Shown here piece after piece: positions 1-8,800 of a stretch of DNA of 64,000 nt (within the stretch, counting starts at the first letter, position 1; each line of letters begins with the position of its first letter). The DNA lies in the IMG/VR virus record IMGVR_UViG_3300020158_000335, positions 11,155 through 75,154 of that record; one strand, 5' to 3'. The translations under genes were made by a program, and so were the position numbers. Origin of the DNA: a virus. Under the pieces are notes generated by a model, which was not told where the DNA came from, searched no databases, and saw only the letters and a list, made by a program, of their open reading frames with translations.

Positions 1-2972
1 TTATTAAATTCTTCTCTCGTCATGTCCCACGGCTGCTTATCTGCCACAGATGGTGCGCTTGTACCAGAGGCGTCCGGGGCTTGATCGTTGTTGGCCATTT
101 TATTGAATTCAGGATAGTCTTCCAAAACATGTTTTGCTACTGGAAGCCCTTTTGATATTGCGTCAAGAACTGCGTAGTAGTGTTGCGTATGTTCTGTCAT
201 GGGTGATTCTTTTACGATCATGCCATTATGCCCAGCATCTTCAAAAAAACGGAACATGTCCTCAGAAACAACATCGGGATCGCCACATCTATCAGTAAAC
301 GTTTTCCACTGTTTTGTTGTGACAAGACCTTCTCGGTATTTCTTCTCTGTATTTTGGGAGAGTAACCGCTTTAGTGCCGCCCATTGTTTTTCGCGTAAAG
401 TGTTTTTTGCGGTACGTTTTCGGGATATTGAGATATAGGTATCCCTGCTCATCTGCCACGGCTGCTTATTGGCCACGGATGGAGCCGATTCCATAACCAG
501 ATCATCGTCGTCATCCTCATCGTATTCACCTTCATCACCATCTTCAAAAATCCCTTTCTGCTTGTTCGCCGGATCAAGTTCAGCCGCCCGAGCAATAGCG
601 CCCTTTATGACTTCCGAAGCGGTCGGTGCTGGTTCTTTTCCAAACAGCCCGACTTGATTCTGATACTGCAGAAAGGTTAAAATGCGTTCGCCCGCCAGCT
701 TGAAAACCGTTCCAAGATGTTTTGACCGTCTGATGTTATCGTTTAAAATCCGGGTGATGTCCTTTGTTTCTTCTGGTATCTGTGAGAACAGCCCCATTTG
801 TGAAAGAATCATTTCAATTCCGTCCCCATCGTCTCGGGCCTGAACCATAAGGCGTGTGGCTTCAATGATATTGTCCACAAGATTGATACCGCCCATATCC
901 GGATAGCTGGCCCTGATTTTGGCGAACACGGGAGCTGCTGCGGTTAATGCAGTCAGGATGTTCTTGACGGCTGGATGCGTCTCTTCCGCCATCAAAGTTA
1001 AAAGCCTGTCATCAGCATAAGCTTTGCTGAAAATGGCGCACTGAATTCGATCTACAAGCGCTTTTGTTGGACGGCTGTCCGCCGTAAGCAGCCCAGCCGC
1101 CTCAGCTTTGCCCACTTTTTCAATAAACTTGGCGATAAATCCCGCATTACTGGCAGCCGCGATGTCCCCGTCTTTGGATGGTGTAAATCTTTCCATATCC
1201 GCAGCGGTTAGCCTGCTGTCATCAACCTTGGCCTGTTCCATCGGACTCATGGAGGCGATATCCGCCTCGTTTGCCCGCTCTGTAATTGATCTGCGATCTC
1301 CACCGGAAAGACGGATCCGGACAAGCACCGGCTGCTGGATTTCCGCCAGTTTTTCCGGATTAAACCCAAACTTACCGGCATTCTGAATAATCCATGCTTT
1401 GTATTCGGTCGCGCCGTCTTTGTTGTACCGTTGCCTGATAGCCATTGTCCGGCCGTTCCCGGATTCAACGGCTAAATCCCTGCCAACGATAGGCGATCCG
1501 ACAGATGCGTAAAGAGAATCGCCCAGGCGGTCTGGATTGAGAGTGTTTGAAATTGTTGGAATCTGCCCCTTCATGGTATCCCGTGTCCGGTCCCGTGGTT
1601 GAAGCTCGGCAGGGAATTCCGGGTTCGGCGTAAAATCAGCGTTATGGGAAGCGACAAGGTTTTTTGCTTCGACTACTGCATATTGCAGTACCAGCATATC
1701 ATTATCACTCAGGTAAGCGCGATCACGCTTGCCTGTGATTACTTTAGCGTTGACTTTTCCGCCGTTTCTGGTAATATTTTCAACATCAAAAGGAGGATTA
1801 CTTATGCTATCTCGTAATTTTGAATTTATGGAAAATGAGTTTGTTCCGTATGCCATCGAACGATCAGGCGGTAGGGTGTTCCGCATGTGTGGAAGGTCAA
1901 TGGCAAAATGGAAAGAGATTGAGGATTCCGACAAGGCTTTCAGGATTACCTCAAATGCCTTCTCTGTCTCAGAGTCATCTGCTATAGCACTGGCTGATGA
2001 GTTTGAAGAAGACATCCGTGAAGCCGCCGCCCGATAAACCTTGGTGCTGACCTTGTTTAGGCGAGAGATAAACCCGTCCGCCAGGATAGATACTTCTCCT
2101 AATTCTTCTTGGCTCGCAATCGGTTTTAATTGCCTGATTACGTTGTAAATTTCATGCCCAAGCCCGTTCTCTTTTGCATCAATAATTGGGGCGGTGTTCA
2201 TCTGCAATTCGCAGATGTGCCCGCCGATCATGACTTTCATTATGATACCGGGATAGCCTTCTTTAGTCGGATTTTCGAACCCATTCTTAATCCAGAATAC
2301 AGCAGGGTCTTTTGATATTAAACTGGAAGCCATAGCAACTTGCGATGTGGTGTCGAATACCAATGTCGCAGCTACGACGTCCAAAAGCTTTGACTCGTCT
2401 CCCTCGTAATCATTCTCGATTTTTTCAGCCGCACGTTCTTTCCCTTTTAACCCAGGTCGCAATATCACTTTGGCGCCTGTTTTCGCTCCGAAAGCCTCTA
2501 CCCATTCCTTAAATGCAGGAAGCGCAATCTCAGCCGCAGCGTACACGTCTTCAATGGTCTTAACGCCTTGCTGTTTCAGAGATTTTTTGATTTCAACCAC
2601 CACATCAGTTTCACCTAAATCCTTGAGCGCCTGAAGTGTGGTGTTCCCATCCAGCACCTTAAACTTCCCGTTGCCCATATCAATCACCCGAATAGGCGCA
2701 CGTTTCTCACCTGTTCCGGACTTGGCCGCCGCCATAGACTCATGAGCGCGTTTCACCCGTTCCGGGTCCGCCGCTTCACTGGGAACCAGTTGATCAATGG
2801 AAATGGTTACGCTGTTGAACGTGTCTTTGAAAAACGGAGAGTTACTCGGAGGCATCGTTTCAGAGAAAACATGACGAAAGACGTTTGAAATATCGTCAAT
2901 GTCCTGTGCGGCGGCAAGCTCAGCTCGCCAGTCGGGATTACCTGGAAGGGATTCAAAAAATGCTGATAGCAT
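1..2972 (-). CDS. Large DdrB-like polyvalent protein (partial, >990 aa): ParB-like domain, RelA/SpoT-like nucleotidyltransferase domain, DdrB-ParB domain
   Basis: ATG at 2972; frame stays open off the left edge, so it is absent from the ORF track. Manual translation gives APIRVIDMGNGKFKVLDGN, LKGKERAAEKIENDY..LLDVV..GY..CELQMNT..HEIYN and LQPRDRTR..GSPIVGRDLAVESGNGR. Confidence 0.85.
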   Translation of the reverse strand, partial: MLSAFFESLPGNPDWRAELAAAQDIDDISNVFRHVFSETMPPSNSPFFKDTFNSVTISIDQLVPSEAADPERVKRAHESMAAAKSGTGEKRAPIRVIDMGNGKFKVLDGNTTLQALKDLGETDVVVEIKKSLKQQGVKTIEDVYAAAEIALPAFKEWVEAFGAKTGAKVILRPGLKGKERAAEKIENDYEGDESKLLDVVAATLVFDTTSQVAMASSLISKDPAVFWIKNGFENPTKEGYPGIIMKVMIGGHICELQMNTAPIIDAKENGLGHEIYNVIRQLKPIASQEELGEVSILADGFISRLNKVSTKVYRAAASRMSSSNSSASAIADDSETEKAFEVILKALSESSISFHFAIDLPHMRNTLPPDRSMAYGTNSFSINSKLRDSISNPPFDVENITRNGGKVNAKVITGKRDRAYLSDNDMLVLQYAVVEAKNLVASHNADFTPNPEFPAELQPRDRTRDTMKGQIPTISNTLNPDRLGDSLYASVGSPIVGRDLAVESGNGRTMAIRQRYNKDGATEYKAWIIQNAGKFGFNPEKLAEIQQPVLVRIRLSGGDRRSITERANEADIASMSPMEQAKVDDSRLTAADMERFTPSKDGDIAAASNAGFIAKFIEKVGKAEAAGLLTADSRPTKALVDRIQCAIFSKAYADDRLLTLMAEETHPAVKNILTALTAAAPVFAKIRASYPDMGGINLVDNIIEATRLMVQARDDGDGIEMILSQMGLFSQIPEETKDITRILNDNIRRSKHLGTVFKLAGERILTFLQYQNQVGLFGKEPAPTASEVIKGAIARAAELDPANKQKGIFEDGDEGEYDEDDDDDLVMESAPSVANKQPWQMSRDTYISISRKRTAKNTLREKQWAALKRLLSQNTEKKYREGLVTTKQWKTFTDRCGDPDVVSEDMFRFFEDAGHNGMIVKESPMTEHTQHYYAVLDAISKGLPVAKHVLEDYPEFNKMANNDQAPDASGTSAPSVADKQPWDMTREEFN
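1750..1777 (+). promoter_or_regulatory. Antisense sigma70-type promoter nested in a coding linker
   Basis: TTGACT (1750-1755), 16 bp, TAATAT (1772-1777) with extended-10 TG; AGGAGG at 1791-1796. Confidence 0.7.
1804..2037 (+). CDS. Nested antisense 77-aa protein, candidate antitoxin of the RelA/SpoT-like domain
   Basis: Promoter, AAAGGAGG RBS 7 nt before ATG 1804; the overlapping sense frame is a Ser-rich unstructured-looking linker. Confidence 0.65.
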   Translation: MLSRNFEFMENEFVPYAIERSGGRVFRMCGRSMAKWKEIEDSDKAFRITSNAFSVSESSAIALADEFEEDIREAAAR

Positions 2973-3055
2973 GTTAATTAGCCTTTGGATTGTTGGTTTG
3001 AGATTATATCAAACAGGATTACATTCAAACGGCGGGGATGGCAAATAGGTGATGT

Positions 3056-3073
3056 GCAGATAGGGGTATATAG
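3056..3073 (-). promoter_or_regulatory. Candidate late-promoter motif copy 1
   Basis: gcagataggggtatatag; similar copies at 20943, 34536 and 44360, all upstream of minus-strand virion genes. Confidence 0.45.
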
Positions 3074-3137
3074 AGATTTTCTGGCGAAGGATACAAGGTT
3101 GACTGTTTTTCGGATTTCAAGTAAAGTCTTTTTTATA

Positions 3138-3725
3138 ATGATTGATAATTTCCAAAAACAAAGACTGCATGAAAAATTGTTTGAGTCGCAATGCTCTATC
3201 GTGACACATCAGGCGTATCTTGCCAGAATTGACAGTGTACTGAGAACCATAGAGATTCTTGCGATATGCGCTCCTATAGGATTCATGTCTGTCCAATTGT
3301 CTTTGATTAGCAATGTGGCAATCACAAAAATACTTTCGATTATAAACCCGATTCTATCAGCGGCATTACTTATACTCGCTGTTTTTTCCCTTACCCAAAG
3401 TTACAGACAACGGCTGCAAGATCATCAGAAGTTTCTCGTTGAAAACTTTCCGATAGCCGAACAACTCAGGGCTCTCCTTATCAAAACAGAAGCTGATGAC
3501 AGAGATGTTGAAAAAATCATGGATAAAATAACAGCTTTGGACAAGGAAGAGGCACGATTGATGGCGCACCAGAAAGCCGATGAAAAACAAACATTTTACA
3601 GGGAAGCGATGAAGCGCATGGGAGATATAGATGTGAAATGCCCGAAATGCGGGAAATCTCCGTGGGAGTATCAGAAATCGAAAAACAAGTGTCAGGTCTG
3701 CGGTAGTGAACTACCCCTACCCTAA
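3138..3725 (+). CDS. 2-TM protein with C-terminal CxxC..CxxC ribbon (mobilome CxxC-CxxC / SLATT-like)
   Basis: Two hydrophobic helices; CPKC-x13-CQVC; TTGACT-17-TAAAGT at 3099-3127 favours ATG 3138 over TTG 2985. Confidence 0.65.
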   Translation: MIDNFQKQRLHEKLFESQCSIVTHQAYLARIDSVLRTIEILAICAPIGFMSVQLSLISNVAITKILSIINPILSAALLILAVFSLTQSYRQRLQDHQKFLVENFPIAEQLRALLIKTEADDRDVEKIMDKITALDKEEARLMAHQKADEKQTFYREAMKRMGDIDVKCPKCGKSPWEYQKSKNKCQVCGSELPLP

Positions 3726-3740
3726 AGGGATAGGGGCTTT
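3706..3740. repeat. Hairpin resembling an IS200/IS605-family end, or a terminator
   Basis: gtgaactacccctaccctaaagggataggggcttt; no transposase or nuclease nearby. Confidence 0.35.
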
Positions 3741-4034
3741 ACGCCATTCTTATAAAGACCGGGCAAGTACGTTTATAATGGAAGGCTTACAATATGCCGC
3801 TCCCCCGGCAAGCAGATTCGATGCTCTGAGTCCGAAATGCCCAACATGCAGGAGACCATTATGAACGACAGAAGCATATTGAAAGTCATAGCCATTGCGA
3901 TTAGCCTGATCGGATATTACAGCGTAGGCGGATTCGGTTGGTTTTTACTCATCGGGGCTAACGTCCTTCTGCTGTATCAGGATTACAAATTTTCCAGCAG
4001 GAATAATTGATAAAAATATCAAAACAGCAATAGA

Positions 4035-4066
4035 GATTAAGGGTACCCTGTAGAGTACCCTTAATC
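4035..4066. terminator. 12-bp inverted repeat between convergent genes
   Basis: gattaagggtac ... gtacccttaatc. Confidence 0.45.
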
Positions 4067-4263
4067 CACATTTCTTGAGTGGTTATCCTGTTGCAAGGGC
4101 CGCATCACTGAATCGGAAGTTTATTGCCAAAATCCTGTTCTATGGCGAGTTGCTTGATTTTCTTCAGGAGGCTGATTTGGATCATCACCTGAAGACTGAC
4201 TTCATCAACCCAATGCCATGCGTCATTTATGTCCAGTTATCCCCACGCTGTTATCCAAAATTA

Positions 4264-5298
4264 TTATATCCCATTACCACTGTCACTTTCTAAATCAAAA
4301 GGCAATTGCATCGTTTCATTGAATGCAGGATGAACTATGTCAAGATTGTTTTTGAAGTCTCCCCAACGCTTACTAAGTTTCATTATTGTAGTAACCGATA
4401 CAATGAGTTCTTTAAGTTTTGGATGTCCTGTTTCAATTGTAAGTTTTCTATGTAAATGATGTTTTAAGCGCCCCCTTTCATTTTTTTCTGCTTGAGCTTT
4501 CAACTCCTTCCACACCCCAGGGGCAAGCCGACGATAAACAATATCATTGGTTAAATGTCCGAAATACAAAGGCCGTTTTACGCCATTGCTTGGGAATGGC
4601 AAACTACGCAACCGAAACATTTGTTCATAAAAATCAGAAGGGAACGTTTTAACCCAAGGCTGAAGCTCTTTGGCGACGAAAGACTCAAGTATTCTTGCCA
4701 ATTCATCACGGGCTCTATCTTTTTGATAACCTGTAGCCTCATCTACCAGTGCAACAATGCCGACGCGCATAAAACCACGCATTAAAATTTCACACTGTTT
4801 TGCAATTATCAAACGTCGAGGAGTAGTCAATAGGCCATTATCTCTGGCTTCAAGCATGGCTTCACAAATATCTGCAAGTATTTCTGCACGGTACCCGCTA
4901 ATATATCTCCCCTCAAAAACGCACTTGATAGGTAAAAAATGGTCCGGCCTCTTATCTTTATAAATCAACTGGTTAGCCCATTTTGCTGACAGAAAACGGT
5001 CCACCCTGGAGCCAGGTTTTGTCCCGCTTGCTGGAGCTTCTTCGTCGACCAATCTGAGTGTTTCTTGCAACCCACGGCCTGACAATAACCGCTCTCCGGT
5101 ATTGGTCACATAACAAGACAGGCTGAATCCACAAAGGTCAATTAAACCTGTATGCGTTATTCGAACCATTGACGCCTTTTCTTTTTTTGCTTTAACCATT
5201 TTTAATGATTGGTCCTTGCGCTGTGCAGGTGTCATCATAGCGTTTTTTACTTTTCCACCTTTTGATCTACCAGTTACATCACAGATTGAATTTGGCAT
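4264..5298 (-). CDS. P63C-domain phage protein
   Basis: ALVDEATGYQKDR..LQPWVKTFPSDFYEQMFRL motif. Confidence 0.85.
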   Translation of the reverse strand: MPNSICDVTGRSKGGKVKNAMMTPAQRKDQSLKMVKAKKEKASMVRITHTGLIDLCGFSLSCYVTNTGERLLSGRGLQETLRLVDEEAPASGTKPGSRVDRFLSAKWANQLIYKDKRPDHFLPIKCVFEGRYISGYRAEILADICEAMLEARDNGLLTTPRRLIIAKQCEILMRGFMRVGIVALVDEATGYQKDRARDELARILESFVAKELQPWVKTFPSDFYEQMFRLRSLPFPSNGVKRPLYFGHLTNDIVYRRLAPGVWKELKAQAEKNERGRLKHHLHRKLTIETGHPKLKELIVSVTTIMKLSKRWGDFKNNLDIVHPAFNETMQLPFDLESDSGNGI

Positions 5299-5457
5299 AT
5301 TGCATTCCTTTTTTATATGTTCAGCATGTTATTACATGCAAAATATAAAAAAGCAAATAAAAAGTTATGCAATTAAGAAAATTGCATAAATCCCCTTGAC
5401 ACCCCAGCAACTCATAGCAAACAGTTGAAAGCTACATAACCTTATCTGCGGAGAAAC

Positions 5458-5494
5458 AAAAAAAAAGCCCCTGTGAACTGAATCACAGGGGCTT
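5458..5494 (-). terminator. Rho-independent terminator of the darA operon
   Basis: aaagcccctgtga-actgaa-tcacaggggcttt stem with an A-run on + (U-run on -). Confidence 0.8.
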
Positions 5495-5522
5495 TCGTAT
5501 GCGGGTATGGGTGTGTTATTGG

Positions 5523-5891
5523 TTAATCGTCTTGATCATCCATCAGGCCAGCGTTTTCTTCAATAAATTGCATCCATGCCTTATCAGGAACAAACCCAAT
5601 AAGTAATTTCACTTCCTGAATCAAGTCAGTCCGGTGGTGCATTGTCTCATTCATTAGCAATATGTGATAAACATCTTGAGGGATCATAAACGGATCATCA
5701 ATGTCAATTGCATGGCCATACATTCCCTGCCCGTGGGTCAAAAAGTACTGCCGGAGAAGATAATATCCGCTGACATAATCAAGAGCAACCTTTCCAGCAG
5801 TATCCCACTGGGTAGGTGCAATGACAAGTTCCACGGTGCCGCCTGGAGTGATAATCTGCCAGTGATAAAATGATTCTGGGTATCGTTTCAA
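5523..5891 (-). CDS. Hypothetical protein abutting the 1458-aa gene
   Basis: 122-aa ORF with TTG start directly after the upstream stop; followed by a terminator. Confidence 0.6.
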   Translation of the reverse strand: MKRYPESFYHWQIITPGGTVELVIAPTQWDTAGKVALDYVSGYYLLRQYFLTHGQGMYGHAIDIDDPFMIPQDVYHILLMNETMHHRTDLIQEVKLLIGFVPDKAWMQFIEENAGLMDDQDD

Positions 5892-8800
5892 TTATGCCGC
5901 CTTTATGTCTGGAAGCCCGTCTGTGACCCAAGACGGGACGTTGGCTATAGCAGCAGGGATACTGTCTTTGTTAATGACGTTGAATTGGCCCCAATCTTTG
6001 AAATCTCTGGTTGCGCCATCCCCCAGTGTTGACTGCTCTAATGCCAGATACAGATATGCAATTTGTAGAACGATCTGCTTCGATTTAGCAGAAAATTGGA
6101 AGAGGTAATGTCCGTATGAATCCCATTCTTTTGAAATAATATAGTAACCATCGGAGTTACTTGTTTTCTTATGTCCGCTCACAGATTGAAAAGTAGCAAA
6201 CGGTTCATAAAAAAGAGGGTTCTTCTTGATCTTCTTATCGAGCATTTTATAAAATGCGTCAATAGGCTTTGAAGCATCGGTAATTGCTTTGGCCAGTTCC
6301 AAATCACCAATGAATTTTTCTTTTTCAGAACCAGACGGAGGGGTAGCCAGTATGCCCAAAATCATTTTAAACATTTCAGGGTCATTTACCACTAATTCGT
6401 GCATTAATTCAGGGGACGAAAACTGCTGGATGCCCATTGAAAAGACTTCTGTTGAGTTATCTGCCCCATAATACTTCCCGACATAAGCGTTGAACAGGTG
6501 GTCTGTGTATGCCACTTCATCATCTTTGTAGTTTTCATTCCCGGTCAGAACAGATAATTTTATCAACCCCTTTGTTTTATCAACTCTACCGTCGAGAAAC
6601 GTATTGGAAACTGATACATACTTTGCGTCATCTTCAACTAAATGCCCCATTTCATGCCATAACGTACTCTTGGTAAACTCAGCCCCGACATGGATAATCT
6701 TTCGACCGACTTCAGCGCAAGCTCTTGGTTGGCCTTTAAACCTTTCCTGGATGTGACATTTACCGAACCGCCCCCCGCTTAACCGGTATAATTCCGCCAT
6801 GTCTTTTCTGATATTGGCCTCGCCATACCCGGCTTTTGTTGTTGTTCCCGATTTGCCTGTTACCGATATTTCAACTGCCAAGTAGTTTATCGCGGATTTG
6901 TCTATCACCTGGTCGCTGACCCATTGGTTGGCCTGCTTTTCGGTAATGGGTGATGATTCAAGCATTTTTTGAATCAATGGGTTATAAGTTTTGGCGAGTG
7001 CATCTGATAGTTCTGTGTTTAGCTGCTGCTTCTTATCGGAAAAAGACTTTTCTTTTGTTTTGTACTCAGATTTAAGATTTTGATATTCATCAGAAGCGAG
7101 AAATTCATCCAGAGCTTCTTGAATAATTTTTAGGTTTTTAGCGTATCTCTCTTGTGTTTCAGCAGCCATTAGAGAGTATGCTTCATGCAGTTTGATCCAT
7201 TCGTCAGTTTTTGCCCGTGTGCCTGATATCCTATTTGCGATGGCGTCCAAATAAGAACCCGCAACTGCCGTCTCTCTTTCTACATCCCCCAGCTTTTTGG
7301 TATATCCTAATCGGTCTTCAAGTGTTGATTTATCTGCTCTATATTTAAGCTCTGCCGCAGACCGTTCTTGTTCAAGGGATAAAAGGTCATTTCGTGCAGC
7401 AGAAACCTTCAGCGCAACCGGTCTAAAGCCAGGGGCCGTTGACCATGCATCTACAATCTCTTCCCCTTTGGCTTTTGCAGCATCAAAGATTTCCTTCCCG
7501 GCTTCCTTCGATAGTTCTGACATCGGCTTAACGTTTTCATATCCTGACACCATCCGAGCCAATGTGCCAGGGGCGATTGTGATGAGCCTGTCTTCTGACA
7601 TCGACTTACGCATTAATTCTGAGATTTCATATCTTTGGATAGCGGTTACTGCCACGTTGTAATCAGAGACCAATAATTCAAGTCGATCTATATGGTCGAA
7701 CACGGTTATAGCGTCTTGTGGCTTGTTTGGCATATCTTCTGACATAATTCCTGACGCCTTGAACGCAAGATAAATATCATCAAATGTGGTTGCAGCCCGG
7801 AGCATATCTTTCCAGTCGCCGCCATCTTCAAGGATTGCGGTCTCCATAACCGGATCATCATCCAGCATATCCTTTGCCATTGCAGGAGCAGGCGCAGCGC
7901 TTTCCAAAATACCGCCCCAGTCCTCCCGCCATGCCGCCAGGTACCAAGTCTTCCTGTCCGGGTCCCATGACACCGTTGCAATCTCACCCTGCCACGATAA
8001 ATCGACTTTCGGTCTGCTGGATGGCCCGTATTTTCGCTTGATATGTCCACGGGTCAACATATCCACAAGCCTCATGCAGAGTTCACGGCCTGACTGTTCG
8101 CTGGGCAGGTTTTTTTTTTCAAAATCCTGCTTGGCGATGATTCGGGCAATGCCGTCACCATCAGCAAAAAGCGGGGCAGTCCCAGTATTCCCCCAAAGGA
8201 GGGCAATCCAGCCGATATCCGGACGGCTGGCACCCTGTATGGTGTTCTTTTGGGTATCCAGCGTGTTTTTCATGGCCCGCTTGGATTGATCCTGGGCGAT
8301 GGTGGGCTTTTGGTTCGGCTGGACGGTGGATTCAAGAATCATGGCTTTGCCTATTGTTATTTCCTGCAAGCCGAGTGTAAAAGTCGCCTTGATTTTTTTG
8401 GGGTACACTGCTGCCATGCCCAGAACAAGTTTCTCGTTGACATCAAGTTCTGCATAAATTCCATATTTAGGCCCAATCATACTTCTGAGTGAAGGTGCGC
8501 CTTTGCCTTCTATTGATAGAGTATATACTCCAGGGGGTAACTTCAGGATTGCTGCTTCAAGTAAAGCCCGTCTGCCATCACCGTACACTGAAAGGTAAAG
8601 TTTGTTTTTCGTATTTAAAATGCTACTCCTGGCAATACGAGACAGAAGTTTACGTACGGTTGTTTCTCCTTCATCTGTCTCGATCTTTTGATCCAGATGG
8701 GCGGAGGATTCAAGAATTGATCCGATTGAAGGATCGAATGTGCCCTGATTCTCTACCGCTTTGATTTGGTTCGGATTAAAAGCTATCCAGACAAGGTGTT

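Noticed and set aside
722-749. TTGACC-16-TAAAAT on + inside the left-edge gene
   Set aside because: Within a domain body rather than a linker, with no downstream RBS-ORF or closing stem seen; likely chance, and a reminder that promoter-like hits need statistical testing
2985-3137. TTG-started N-terminal extension of the 246-aa ORF
   Set aside because: Region holds promoter elements for both directions; ATG 3138 fits better
8437-8467. TTGACA at 8437 (and at 11468) as further antisense promoters
   Set aside because: No acceptable -10 at 16-18 bp
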